Source: Octopus sinensis
Taxonomy: Eukaryota
Direction: 5' to 3'
NCBI RefSeq assembly: GCF_006345805.1
Contig: NC_043011.1
Location: 7,936,001-8,000,000 of the forward strand
Length of the DNA: 64,000 nucleotides
The first letter of the stretch is position 1. Each line of letters begins with the position of its first letter. A program made the position numbers and the translations under genes. Shown one piece after another: positions 24,348 to 38,016 of the stretch. Under the pieces are notes generated by a model that was not told the DNA's origin, did not search any database, and saw only the letters and a list, made by a program, of their open reading frames with translations.

Positions 24348-24996
24348 CTGTCTATCTATCTATCTATCCATCCATCCATCCACCTACCTACCTACCTACC
24401 TACCTACCTATCAATCTATGTATCTATCTATCAGTTGATTGTCAACTGCCGACAGTTCATGTAGTTTCCTTATTTTATTGAAATGCACCATTCCCCTTTT
24501 GGTTACATAGGGGTGGTCAGGACCCTTCCACAATAAAGACCAAAGCAACTATGTTTGCTTATTGATCAACTTGGGTATTCCTTGTGATCATAATATCTTG
24601 GCAAAAGAATTTAGTAAGTTCAGAAAATATAAAGATTTGTTCATTGAAATTGAAAGAAAAATGTGACATGTCAAGGCTGTTACAATACCAGTGATTGTAG
24701 TGGCACAAGGAATGATCAAACAAGAAATTGAAGCTTTATCTGAGAATGGTTCCTGGCTTACCATCCTTGCAATAAGGGTGGGCAAAAAAATTGTTTTGAC
24801 TGGTACATCGCACACATTGTGAAGAACATTGTTGCTGTGAGGACAATCTCCAGCCAGGTAAATTTTTGTTTTTGCTTACATAACTTCATTTCACGACGAC
24901 GACGACGATGATGATGAGGAGGATGATGATGATGATGACGATGATGATGATGACGATGACGATGATGATGACGATGATAACAACAATTATAATTAC

Positions 24997-25919
24997 CTGT
25001 AAATTCGCTCTCTTCTGTAAATTTATAAGTTGACATGATGTAAATAATCACACCGCAAACACACAACAACAACAAGAGAAACAACTTGACATTTCGGAAT
25101 AATAGCAGAATATCCTTGACATCAGTTTGGCAGAGGAATTGAGACAACATAGAAAAGATAGCCACCATGACAGTGGTGTGTTTCTTAAGAAAATTCGTTA
25201 GCATTAAGATTGTAAGCACAGTGTGTACATAAGTGGCCATCAGGATCTTAAAGAAATCAAGCTTCATACTAGGAGCGTAAACCGATCCGATAATGCCCAG
25301 TAAAAGAAATAATGTGACAAGGAACGCTATGATCTTGGTTTTGCAGCGAGTGTGTAAATCTATGTTTTCTATATAAATTTGTTTCATAGCAATGTTACGG
25401 CAGATAAAAAGTACAACCACTGCCATCCCCATGGTAACATCGATCTGATTCAGTTGTGTGGAAGATCCAGTGAAGAATGAGATGCCGAGAGCTCCTATGG
25501 TTAATATTAACACTGCCACAATTTGTACAGCTGGCAATATAATTCCAAAGAAAAGTTTGTCCAATATTAAAGAGAGGAAAGGTTGCAGTGAAATAAATAT
25601 CAACACCACATTAGACTTCGTATGTAAAGGGTAGGTGTTTAGATAATTCTCAAAGAATATTGCAAAGAAATGGGAAAAATATCCAATGATGGCACCTTCA
25701 AGAATGGCCTTGCTATGTTTTGGAATTTCCATTTTAATAATAGTCAGTAATATTATAATTTCTATAAGAGCGGGTAGGAAGCATAATCCAAGAGATCCTG
25801 GACTGTTCATGGGAAATGCAATAGTCTTGGAAGTTGGAAACATTAATCGGAATGAGAGTAGTTGAAGAATGATCCAGAATAAAACTGTGACTGGAGCCTG
25901 CCAGTCTGTTTTCTGCTCC
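24997..25919 (-). CDS. Main exon (exon 2, 923 nt) of a 362-aa multi-pass membrane protein, DMT/SLC35(E)/TPT-like
   Basis: ttttacttctcag acceptor (phase 2), ACAG|GTAATT donor (phase 1), fully open with about 9 hydrophobic segments; motif LQPFLSLILDKLFFG..LPAVQIVAVLILTIG resembles the EamA/TPT helix 4-5 signature. Family call is from resemblance only. Confidence 0.85.
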
Positions 25920-26568
25920 CTGAGAAGTAAAAGAGAAACAAAATAATGGTTTAATTAAATATTGATTGGTTAATGGCATAAATGAGGAATCATAGCAGTA
26001 AGAGTACAAGACATTTTGGAACAACTCTTTGGTATTACCGATTCAACACTGACTTTCTTTTACTTGTTTCAGTCATTTGACTGAGGCTATGCTGGAGCAC
26101 TGCCTTTTAGTTGAAGAAATTTATCCCTGGACTTATTCTTTTCAAGCTTGGTGCTTATTCTATTGGCCTCTCCTGTCGAACCGCTAAGTTACAGTGACGT
26201 AAACACACCAGTATCATCATCATCATCATCATCATCATCATCGTTTAACGTCCGTTCTCCATGCTAGTATGAGTTACACGGTTCGACCGGGGATCTGGGA
26301 AGCCAGAAGGCTGCACCAGGCTCCAGTCTGATCTGGCAGTGTTTCTACAGCTGGATGCCCTTCCTAACACCAACCACTCCGTGAGTGTAGTGGGTGCTTT
26401 TTACATGCCACCTGCACAGGTGCTAGGTGAGGCTGGCAACGGCCACGGTCGGATTGGTGTGTTTTACATGCCACCGGCACGGAAGCCAGTCGGGGCGGCA
26501 CTGGCTTCAGCCACGATTCGGATGGTCAGTTGTATATATATGTATATATATATATTTATGTATGTATG

Positions 26569-26631
<63 letters not shown>

Positions 26632-27013
26632 AGCTTCTTTACATTTTCCGCCTACCAAATCCACTCACAAGCTTTGGTTGGCCCAAGGTTGTAGTATAAG
26701 ACCCTTGCCCAAGCTGCCATGCAGTGGGACTGAACCCAGAAACATGTGGTTGGGAGCAAGCTTCTTACCACAAAGCCATGCCAGCGCCTACTATATTTTT
26801 ATATTTTTATATTTTCATATTTTTTTTTAAACATATTTTTCAATTTCTGGCTGTTTAATCAGTGAATTTTTTTATTTTTGTTTTTTTATTTAGACAAGTA
26901 TGGAATTTCTTGACATATTTTTACAGGAAGAAAAGAAAGAAAGAAAGAAAGAAAACCCATTAAAAGTATAAAAGATCAAATTAATGAGAAGAAATACCCC
27001 CTAATTACCTCAC

Positions 27014-27024
27014 CTTACAAACAT
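27014..27024 (-). CDS. First coding exon (ATG TTT GTA AG) of the membrane protein gene
   Basis: AAG|GTGAGG donor in phase 2 matches exon 2; in-frame upstream stop; exons sum to 11+923+155=1089 nt=363 codons. Confidence 0.6.
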
Positions 27025-29125
27025 GGAAAAAGAACAAAAATGGGACGTGGGGTGGGTGGAGGGAGTACTGAGGTGTACAATCCAAAACAAATGGTGTGTT
27101 TAGCCGTTCCTCATGGATATGGCTGCAAAGGCGGCGCTGCAGTGAATGGTTAGAGACACACAGACTGCAGCAGCCTCCTCCTCCTCCCCCACCTCATGTG
27201 ACCTCAGGCATCTTAATGTTTCTCTCATTCTTTCCTTCTTCTTTCCCTCCGCCATCTTTCTTTGTGTCTATGTGCATGAGGAGAGGCTGTGGTGCTCGTC
27301 AGAAGTGTTCACCAAATGAATTGTAATGTCTCTCTTCCCTTCTCTCTCTCTCCCTCTTCTCTCTCTCTTCCTTCTCCCTCTCTCTCACTCCCTCTTTTTC
27401 TCTGTTTATGTGTGTAATCATCATCATCGTCGTTTAACGTCTGCTTTTCCATGCTGGCATGGGTTGGACGATTTGACTGGCAAACCAGATAGCTGCACCA
27501 GTCCCCAATCTGATCTGGCAGAGTTTCTACAGCAGGATGCCCTTCCTAATGCCAACCACTCTGAGAGTGTAGTGGGTGCTTTTACATGCCACCGGCATGA
27601 GGGCCAGTCAGGCAGTACTGGCAACGGCCACACTCAAATGCTTCTTTTTATGTGCCACCTGCACAGGAGCCAGTCCAGTGGCACTGGGAACCAACTTACT
27701 CAAATGTATTTTCGCGTGCCACCAGTACAAGTGCTAGTAAGGCGACGCAGGTAACGATCACGCTTGAATCATCATCATCGTTTAACGTCCGCTTTCCATG
27801 GGTTGGACGAATGACTGAGGGCTGCAAACCAGATGGCTGCACCAGGCTCCAATCTGATCTGGCAGAGTTTCTACAGCTGGATGCCCTTCCTAACGCCAAT
27901 CAATCCGAGAGTGTAGTGGGTACTTTTACGTGCCAGTCAGGTAGTACGGGCAAAGGCCACGCTCAAATGGCGCTTTTTATGTGCCACCTGCACAGGAGCC
28001 AGTCCAGCAATCTTGAGATTGCTCCAATCTGGCCAACCCCAAGGAAATATTGAGCTAAGAGCATTAGATTCCTTGGAAAAAGGATCGAATGTATACGAAA
28101 CAAGGACAGAAAAACGGACGATGTCACACGAATATAAATACAAAAAAAAAATATATATATAATTCGAATATAAATACAAAAAAACAATAATGATAGTAAT
28201 AAAAACAGGACATAACAACAATGTCTATGAGGAGGGTTTATGCCAATCTTGTTTGATTAATTGTGGATGAGTATGGCTTAGTGGTTAGGGTGATAGACTC
28301 ATCATCATCATCATCATCGTTTAACGCCTGCTTTCCATGCTGGCATGGGTTGGACGGTTTGACTGAGGACCGGCAAGCTAAGCAGCCTCTTGGCTTGCCA
28401 GTCCTCAGTCAAACCTAATCTAGCAAGGTTTCTACAGCTTGATGCCCTTCCTAATGCCAACCATTCCGAGAGTGTAGTGGGTGCTTTTTACGTGCCACTG
28501 GCACAGGGGTCAGTCAGACAGTACTGGCATCAACCACATTTGAATGGTGCTTTTATGTGCCACCAGCACTAGAGCCAGTCAGGTTGTACTAGCATTGACT
28601 ACACTCAAATGGGGTTTTTATGTGCCATTTGGCACAGAAACCAGAGAGGCGGCACTGGCATCAATCAATCTCAAACGGTGGTTCTTATGTGCCACCTGCA
28701 TGGGTGCCAGTCAGGTGGCACAGACATCAGCCATGACTACGATTTCACTTGACTCAACAGATGATCATAAGATTGTGGTTTCAATTCCAGGACCAGGTGA
28801 TGTATTGTGGTTTTGAGCAAAGCACTTCATTTCACATTTCATGTTACTCTAATTCACATGGCTGGAGCAACTTGAGTATTTGTGTGACAAACTGGTGTCC
28901 TATCAAGTGAGGGAGTATATACACCCGAAAATCCAGGAAACTGGCCCTATGAGTGTTATGTGGATACTAGTAATAAATAGTAAACCCCTCCCATGTGACA
29001 AGTGGTATGTGACAGTCATTATAAATACTGACAGTCAGTGTCAGTATAAGTAGGAGAGAGCACAGAGGTAAATAGTCATAGATAGTTGTAGACTTGTTTG
29101 TCTTACTAACTATACTGCAACACTA

Positions 29126-29515
29126 GTGGAAGCGCAATGGCCCAGTGGTTAGGGTAGCGGACTTGCGGTCGTAGGATCGCGGTTTCGATTCCCAGACCGG
29201 GCGTTGTGAGTGTTTATTGAACGAAAACACCTAAAAGCTCCACGAGGCTCTGGCAGGGATGGTGGTGATCCCTGCTGTACTCTTTCACCACAACTTTCTC
29301 TCACTCTTACTTCCTGTTTCTGTTGTACCTGTATTTCAAAGGGCTGGCCTTGTCACTCTCTGTGTCACGTTGAATATCCCCGAGAACTGCGTTAAGGGTA
29401 CACGTGTCTGTGGAGTGCTCAGCCACTTACACGTTAATTTCACGAGCAGGCTGTTCCGTTGATCGGATCAACCGGAACCCTCGTCGTCGTAACCGAAGGA
29501 GTGCTTCCACATACT
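29126..29515 (+). mobile_element. SINE family B/C composite copy
   Basis: Family B head and body joined to the 3' half seen in family C (7776-7930). Confidence 0.8.
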
Positions 29516-30166
29516 GCCACAGTGGAGTGGATGTGATAGCAGTCTGACAGAGGATTACAACAGTGAGCGTATGTGACGTGAGAAGGAGCTGTATCCTTTT
29601 TATATACAATAGTCTCTCTCTCTCTCTCTCTCTCTGTTTATGTCTATGAGGTGAGAGAAAGAATTTATGGCAGTTGTGTTCAAATAATAAATCGTAATGT
29701 CTCTCTCTTTCTCTCTCACTCTTTCTATAAAAACACAAAATCTTCCCTCCAGAACAGTTTTAACAGCTATATGTGTGTACCTCTGTTTGTGTGTGTGTGT
29801 GTGTGTGAACCCTTGTCTAGAGGTTATATAATGTTTGTGTCACCATCATACAAGCGTGGTAGTTTGTAATCTTCCATGAAACTCATGACTAGATATAGAA
29901 AAATATCCAACAAGAAAGACATTCAGCCATGGAAGATCTGCCCCAACATATTCCTTCTAACCCATGCAAGCATAGAAAAAGGGAAGTTAAATGTTAACGA
30001 TGGTGATACATGTGTGTGTGGTGATGGTGTATGAGAATGAAGATAAGGAGAAAGATTAGGAGGAAGATGAAGATGATGATGAGGAGGAAAAGTAAATGAC
30101 ATATTAATAAATATTTATATATTTGTTGTACAAGATTTTTTATGTGAAGGCGTGTGTTGAAACAGA

Positions 30167-30370
30167 TATTGTTATATTTCGGAATAAAAACACTATATAT
30201 TTGGTGTTACTTTGCTTCAGTGTTATTTATTTTTTACATTAATCTGGCCGAAATAAGATTAAGATTAATGTAAAAAATAAATAACACTGAAGCAAAGTAA
30301 CACCAAATATAAAGTGCGTGTGTTTTTATTGGCTAAACTGGCAAAATGACCATTCCGAAATATAACAATA
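30167..30370. mobile_element. Palindromic MITE
   Basis: TATTGTTATATTTCGGAAT / ATTCCGAAATATAACAATA termini; inner arm TTTGGTGTTACTTTGCTTCAGTGTTATTTATTTTTTACATTAATCT is perfectly inverted. Confidence 0.8.
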
Positions 30371-31109
30371 ATAAATATTTGTTTCTCTTTTGCGAATTAA
30401 TATTCATCTCATCATTTTGTATTAGCCCCAAGAAATTTGATGCCGGTTAAATCATAATTTTTAATCATTGTACGTAAGCCATATTTTCCTTATATTACCC
30501 CATGGCAACGAAAGTATACTTGCCAAGTTACCTGTCATGGGATGGGCAATGCTCTAGCAAGAATGATAAACATAAGAATAATAATTTGGAAATACTTACA
30601 TGGCTAGAATTTGTATCACAGTACGAGATTTGGTAAAATGTTCATGAAATAGGATTCCCTGAAATTAGAAGAAAGCAAATAATTCTGTGACGGAGAAGAC
30701 CCAGCAAATAAAATGAGTCCACAGCTGTAACCTATACCAGTGTCGCATAACTTGCCCACTCAAGAATACCTTGGATCATAGGTTGACATGCCATGCTTGA
30801 GGTGACCTATCGGGTCAAGTACATCAACATCAAAAGCAATGTCAAAATCAAATCAAATGGAAATTGTAGTTGTGACCCCCAGGCTGGTAGCACATAAAAA
30901 GCACCGTCCAAATGTGGCCAATGCCAGTGCCGCTTTGACTGGCTTCTGTGCTGGTGGCACGTAAAAATCACTATCTGATCGTGGTCGATGCCAGCTCCTC
31001 TGGCCCCTGTGCCAGTCACACGTAAAAAGCACCCACTACACTCTTGTTGTGCAGATTAGAGAAGGGTCAAGGCTGTTGAACCCCTTTCTAACCAAAAGAG
31101 CTTCTGTGG

Positions 31110-31796
31110 CGCTTCTGGGTTTCTTTGTGCGTGTGTGTGCATGTGTGCATGTCAGTACATGTTTATGTGTGTATGTGTATGTGTCAATGCATGTGTTTGT
31201 GTGACTCAGTGCAAGTGTGTGTGTATGTGTGTGTGTTGTCGTGTGTATGTAGTGTGTGTGTAGATGCAGGGGTGTGTGCTTGTGTATGTGGTATGTGTGT
31301 GAATGGTATGAATGTTGTGTGTGTCATGGCATTGTGTTTGTGGACTCAGTGCAAGAGTGTGTGTGTGTGGGGGGGGGGGGTGAGTATGAGTGTGTGTGTG
31401 TGTGTTGGTTGTGTGTATGTATGTGTAGACACAAGTGTGTGTGTGTGTGAGTGTGTGTGTCAATGAATGTGTTTGCGTGACTTAGTGCAAGTGTGTGTGT
31501 GTGTATGTGTGTGTGTTGTCGTGTGTATGTAGTGTGTGTGTAGATGCAGGTGTGTGCTTGTGTATGTGTGTATGTGTGTGAATGGTGTGTGTGTCATTGC
31601 ATGTGTTTGTGTGACTCAGTGCAAGAGTGTGTGCGTGTGTGGGGGGGTGAGTATGAGTGTGTGTGTGTGTGTTGTGGTGTATGTGTAGACACAAGTGTGT
31701 GTGTGTGTGAGTGTTGTGTGTCAATGAATGTGTTTGCGTGACTTAGTGCAAGTGTGTGTGTGTGTATGTGTAGATGCATGTGTGTTATTGTTGTGT

Positions 31797-31830
<34 letters not shown>
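31110..31830. repeat. GT-rich minisatellite (~280-bp unit, 2-3 copies)
   Basis: Anchors GACTCAGTGCAAG, GTAGACACAAG and TCAATGAATGTGTTTGCGTGACTTAGTGCAAG recur. Confidence 0.9.
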
Positions 31831-31832
<2 letters not shown>

Positions 31833-32111
31833 AGTGCATGCATATGCATGCGTGTATGTGTGTGAGTGGCTGTGTTAACAAATAAGTGTGAGTCACTCTA
31901 TGCTTGGGTATATCTGTGTGTGTGGATGCATATGTGTGTCTGAGTCTGTGTATGTGTGTGAGTGAGTGTGTGTGGATGGATAAGTATATGACGTGTGTGT
32001 CCGTGAATGAGAGAGGGAACAACACTAACATCAGCAGCAGTCATGAAGGGGCAGGTAACTCAACAAGCAGGATTTATTTGTGTATGCCATTTATAAGTTA
32101 TGCCCTATTTA

Positions 32112-32201
<90 letters not shown>

Positions 32202-32234
32202 AATTACAACAACAGCAATAATAATAATAATAGG

Positions 32235-32548
32235 GGTTTGAATAATTCACCTTTGGAAACATGGGTGTTTCGTTCAACATCCTTAAACAACCCTTATTCA
32301 AGGACCTTTTGAGCAAGATGTGTTACTCGACCAGAAGAAAATTCTAACTGGGCCCCACCTGCAAGGTCATGCGCTGTTTACCTTGATATAAAATCACCAT
32401 GTCGCGCACATATGATGCGTGTGCCTAGTGTACCCTTATCAGACGGGTAGTCATGATGGGTATACTGGGCTTCGTATATTTTATCCCAGTGTCACTTTGA
32501 TGGCATGCACCACTCTCTCACTCAATAATAATAATAATAATAATGATG

Positions 32549-32619
<71 letters not shown>

Positions 32620-32620
32620 T
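32235..32620 (+). mobile_element. Retro-element 3' end family F with (AAT)n tail
   Basis: ...CCCAGTGTCACTTTGATGGCATGCAC..CTCTCACTCAATAATAAT; longer copies at 35760-36362 and 57640-58224. Confidence 0.7.
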
Positions 32621-32935
32621 AGAAATAAATAATAGTTGTAACTGGCACAGATTGATTTATTTGACAAATGAATAACATCAGTTGTCATTGACTTTTAAGC
32701 TTCATGTGTACATGTATGTGTGTGTGTGTTTGAATAAATATATATGTATGTGTGTGTGTGTTTGAATAAATATATATGTGGGTGTATGTGAATGCATCGA
32801 TGTGTCAATATATGTCTGTGTGTGTATACAGTGAATAGTGGTAACAACTGGGTCAGATACCGGCTCATGGGCACAGCTTGTAGCCTCCTTAACGTCATAT
32901 GCGTGGCTATGTGTCTGCGCGTGTGTGTGTGTGAT

Positions 32936-32989
<54 letters not shown>

Positions 32990-33355
32990 ATCACAGTGAG
33001 CGACCAGGCTATCAGATGTTGTTACATGTCGTTGGTCACAATGCACTTCACATTGTTTTAGCCTTCAAATGACGCCACCCTGCTGGCTAAGCAAGCAGGC
33101 CAACAGAAGAAAGAGTGAGAGGAAGTTGTGGCGAAAGAGTACAGCAGGGATCGCCACCACCCGCTGCCGGAGCCTCGTGGATCTTTAGGTGTTTTCGCTC
33201 AATAAACACTCACAACGCCCAGTCTGGGAATCGAAACCGCGATCCTACGACCGCGAATCCGCTGGCCTAACCACTGGGCCATTGCGCCTCCACATATATA
33301 TATGTATGTATGTATGTGTGTATCTATATATATATATATATATATATACACACAA

Positions 33356-33412
<57 letters not shown>

Positions 33413-33499
33413 TACATATAAATATATATACACACATACATATATATATATGTGTGTATATATGTATATGTATGTATGTATGTATATATGTAAGAAGAA

Positions 33500-33655
33500 T
33501 TCACACAAAGAAAACCAAAAGACGAAGACATGTGGTGTAGACAACAAACAGATGTATTAGTTTAACGCTCGGGAAGTGAAAAAGTCTTTAACATTTCGAG
33601 GCATACGCTCTCCCACAGAAAGGAACACAGAAAGAAACAAGGAGAGAAAATAAAG
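33500..33655 (-). mobile_element. ~150-bp dispersed element with hammerhead-like core (degenerate copy)
   Basis: Same family at 52540-52670 (+) and 54060-54200 (-), containing GAGCGTAGGCTCGAAACGT. Confidence 0.6.
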
Positions 33656-33940
33656 AACGTGTAGTGTCTAATATACTTATATATATATATATATATATAT
33701 ACATGCATACAAAATATTCTATAATTATATACATAATTATAATCAGGGGCCAGTGAAGTGCCTCACTACATGCATACATATATACATACACACACACACA
33801 CACACACACATGTATATGTATACATATATACACAAGGCTTTGGTTGGTCTGAGGCTATAGCGGAAGACACATGCCAAGTAACCACACAGTGTGACTGAAA
33901 CCAGGACCAAGTTTGTTACCACACAGCCACACCTGCACCT

Positions 33941-34040
33941 NNNNNNNNNNNNNNNNNNNNNNNNNNNNNNNNNNNNNNNNNNNNNNNNNNNNNNNNNNNN
34001 NNNNNNNNNNNNNNNNNNNNNNNNNNNNNNNNNNNNNNNN
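33941..34040. other. Assembly gap (100 N)
   Basis: Run of N. Confidence 1.
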
Positions 34041-34180
34041 CAGTGAATATAAGAGCATCACAACAAATCACAGCAAATACCCAAGGCACACAGAGCTGCG
34101 CTCGGTAGTGAAGTGAAAGCACGCTATAAAAATAAGACTACTGAATAATAATAATGATAATGATGATGATGATGATGATG

Positions 34181-34259
<79 letters not shown>

Positions 34260-35243
34260 TAATAATAATAATAATAATAATTCTAAACATTGAAACGTTA
34301 GTTTTCATGTTGGGATATAGGCATAAACATGACAGATTGTTTCGGAAGCTCACTTTGGAATCAAAGGGTTTACAGTTCTATGTCCCTGCATGGCATCTTG
34401 AGCAAGTTTGTCTGCTATAGACCCCAGCCGCCCAATGCTTTGTAAGTGAGTTTGGGAGACGGAAACCCTCGTATATATATATATATATATACGAGGGAAA
34501 TATTCTCTCCCTGAATACCCAAGCGATATTTTACACTTAGACATTTCAACGAGGAACCTGTGCCACTAATTCCAATAAGATAGCCTTTTTTCTGAACATG
34601 AAATTTAAATATACATATCACATGAACTCCAAACACAGAAGAAATATGCTCTTGTGAAGCACAAGTATACAGCACACAAGTATACGAACATCACATACAC
34701 CAAGAAAGAGTCTATCGTGGTGGCGTCAGCGGCATAGGCCGTGGTTCCTCTTTGAATTGTCAAAGTGCAAAATATTGGTTGTGTATGGAGGGAAAGATTT
34801 CATCCCTAATATTTGGGATGTTATTTCTTGACTGTATGATGTTGAATTTTTCAGTGATACACAGTTGACACATATTTTTGCATTACATATATAAGATAGA
34901 TATAGATATATAGATATAGACGTGTATGTGTGTGTATGTGTGTATCTGGTGCTCGTTTGTTGACGCCCCCATAATTTAGCATTTTGGGATACAGAGACGA
35001 ACAGAATAAATACCAGATTTCAAAAGAAGTAGTGGCCCATATGCTCGATAAAATCCTAGAAGAAAGAGCTCCAGAATGACCGCCGTCCAATGACTGAAAA
35101 GTGTTAAAAATATAAGATAAAAGTTTTGAAGCTACAATGGAAACCGTGCATGCTTAATGTGTGTATTTGAAATCACAGTAGAAATTATGTTTTGATGTCT
35201 AACGTTTAAAAAAATTGCCAGTGGACTTTAGAGACATACTCAC

Positions 35244-35456
35244 GGTGAGGTAGGGATTCGTGATATCAGGAAATCTTAAAATTGCCAAATCCATCAATTC
35301 TCTCCTTTTATAATCATTACCCAAAAGTGCGTTTTTGATCGAAATTTCTTCACCATTTGCGAGATAATAAGCTAAATTGGTAATATTTATGTTCATCTCG
35401 CCTAACATCGGATGCTCTTGTATTAAGCGGTCAAACCACAGTTCGGTGAAGAAAAC
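35244..35456 (-). CDS. Orphan gene exon C, copy 1 (VFFTELWFDRL...RFPDITNPYLT, 71 aa)
   Basis: tttctctcag acceptor, ACC|GTGAGT donor, 213 nt, phase 0-0. Confidence 0.8.
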
Positions 35457-35662
35457 CTGAGAGAAAAAACAATGGGAAAAACAATTAAAATGAATGAAAT
35501 AAATAGCTGCTACTCCTCCTCCTCCTCCTCCTCCTCCTCCTCCTCCTCCTCCTCCTCTTCCTCCTCTTCCTCCTCCTCCTCCTCCTCCTCCTCCTACTAC
35601 TACTACTACTACTACTACTGCTGCAGCTGCTACTACTACTCCTGCTGCTGCTACTCCTCCTC

Positions 35663-35713
<51 letters not shown>

Positions 35714-36277
35714 TTGCCACCACCACCACCACCACCACCACTACTACTACTACTACTAAAAATAATAATGATTAAATGACTGGCAGTAGTATCATATACA
35801 TTGTCTTGGTATAAAAGATGAGCTACAGCAAATATTCTGCTAAATATCACAGATTTGCTTGTCAGTCGTTTGACCGTTACCAGTTGAGCATGTCTATTAG
35901 TGGCTGATGTTATGTGCCCCTCTGATCACAAGCAGAAGTTATGAGGGAGCACCATAGCCATGTGTTGAGAGGGATTCTTTGGGGTTTGGATAATTTAACT
36001 TTGGAAACATCGGTGTTTTGTTCAACGTCCTTAATCAACCCTTATCAGGGACATTTTGAGCGGGATGGGGTACTCGACCTGAAGGAAATACTAACCAGGC
36101 CCCACCTGCAGGGTCATGCACAGTTTATCTTGATATGAGATCAGCATGTCACGCACGTATGTCTGTGATGCATGCGCCTGCTGCACCCTTACCAGACGAA
36201 TAGTCACGATGATTATACTGGGCTTCGTATATTTGTACACCAGTGTCACTCTGATGGCATGCACTGCTCTCTCACTC

Positions 36278-36364
<87 letters not shown>

Positions 36365-36599
36365 GTTGCGGTTGCTATAGATAGTTTATTGGTTGAACGA
36401 TATTTCGACAGAAAGCCTATCTTTGCCAAGTTCGAAATGGGAAGAGATAAACATTCGAAGTAAGAGAAATTGAAATGTAAAATAAGAACGAGAACAACCA
36501 GCGTTCATACGTTGATTGATAGACATAATCTTCAAGTTTCAATTTTACAACTAGCGAAAAGAAAAAAGAGAAAAAAGAAAAGGAAAGGAAGAAGAATGT

Positions 36600-37520
36600 T
36601 TAATCAGTTTTGTGTAAATTTCATGTAATTTTCCTGTCATTTTGTTCATTTCACTAGTTAACCCGCAACTCATGCATTTTGAGTAATGAAAGTGTATCAG
36701 ATTCAGAATATTTTATGACAATATGCATTTTCAAGTCTTTTTCAAAATTGCAGCCGTTCAGCAAATTCTGTCGAACTACTGTCATTGTGCCTGACGCCAT
36801 ACCTGTGCCCATTGAATCATTTGTTTAATTGTTCTGTTGTACAACCAGCATAAATCAAGTCGTGTTTTGTGCATTCTACTGCGTACAACAAATAGGAATC
36901 TTTACATGTGCCACATTCTGCGTAAATCCCAACATTTCTGTTATGATTCTTGATGGAATTCACTTGACTTATGTTGTTACACAATGAACCGGGCTTATCT
37001 CTCTTGCGGTTGCTTTTCAAGGTACAGCGTGCAGATAATCCGATGTTAGTTTTCTTTGAGTCAGAGTAGTTGTTAATAATTCTCATATATTTTCATTCCG
37101 TCTAAAGGCTATAATAGGTGGCTGAATGAATATCTGTTTGAAACGAGAGTATTTTTCCGCCACATGTTGGTAATTTTCATGCAACACTTTTGAAATGCCA
37201 ACGAAATTTCGGTGCCAGTTAATCACTAAAGGAATTCTGTTAGATATTGTACTGTTTTTCCTAAAATTATGCGTGAAGTTTTGACTTTCTTTGCTAATCC
37301 TAACTATTTCATCTGCTATTTCCTTTAATCGTGATTCACTGTAACTGCGATTGACATAATGGTGTAGAAAAGCATTTGTATGCTTCCAGTAATCCCTATG
37401 TCAGTACAAACCCGTTTCTTCCCGCCAAAATGGGGATTTCGGATTTGACAATGGATGCGAACTGGTCTGAAAAGTCATGGTCGTATATATGCAAGGACAA
37501 AAGTAAATCACAACAATTAA
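36600..37520 (-). mobile_element. Degenerate Penelope-like element (GIY-YIG region); duplicate at ~58460-59380
   Basis: ECGTCKDSYLLYAVECTKHDLIYAGCTTEQLNK matches the PLE Cys + GIY-YIG pattern; upstream frames are broken. Confidence 0.65.
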
Positions 37521-38016
37521 GTTAAATGCGAGACGGCCTTCATCTAACACAGGGGTTCTCAACCATTTTTTAAATCTATTAACCCCATTTGTTATTGTTT
37601 TATTCTGGTGGACCCCTCCATAGCCATTCGACGTTTAAAAACTAGTTTATAGAAATTTCTTTCAAAATTCTTCTTTTGTTTTTCACTCATTAACTTATGT
37701 AAGTTGAACTGTGTGAAATGTTAGACAAAAGAACCCAACCGTTTCTTGCAATACACACCAACACATACATTAAAAGCAACATTTATCTGCAGGGGCCCTT
37801 ACAATACTGCCGTGGATGTTCAATTTACTATTTTGTTACGTGGACCCCACCATAATCTTATATGGACCCTTGGTGTCAAACTTTTCTTCATGCTCCTTGT
37901 GACCTGTTCCCAGACATAGTTCCGCTGCAACTGAAACGATCTGGAATGAAATGATATTATAAACATTTTACAGTAAAAAGTCAAAGCTTCAGGAAGGAAT
38001 CTAACATTTTATTTAC

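Noticed and set aside
24588-24815. 75-aa minus ORF as a frameshifted continuation of the transporter
   Set aside because: The exon at 22503-22349 gives a canonical in-phase ending; this frame has no credible acceptor.
25734-26024. 96-aa minus ORF overlapping the transporter start
   Set aside because: Alternative frame spanning the intron/exon 2 boundary; hydrophilic and unsupported.
33855-34122. ORFs spanning the N run
   Set aside because: Artefacts of the assembly gap.
34600-34760. Minus frame GTTAYAADATTIDSFLVYVMFVY... as an exon after C (also 56470-56635)
   Set aside because: Needs a non-preferred donor and a purine-rich acceptor; exon D fits exon C in phase with much better signals.
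35457-35741. Poly-Val/Gly N-terminus of the 180-aa ORF (and 57333-57605) as a signal or TM region
   Set aside because: It is an intronic compound (TAC)/(TCC)/(CAC) repeat upstream of the exon C acceptor.
37981-38016. Stop at 37981 as the end of the orphan gene
   Set aside because: An in-phase ACG|GTAAAT donor links to exon C, which is open and preserved in both copies.
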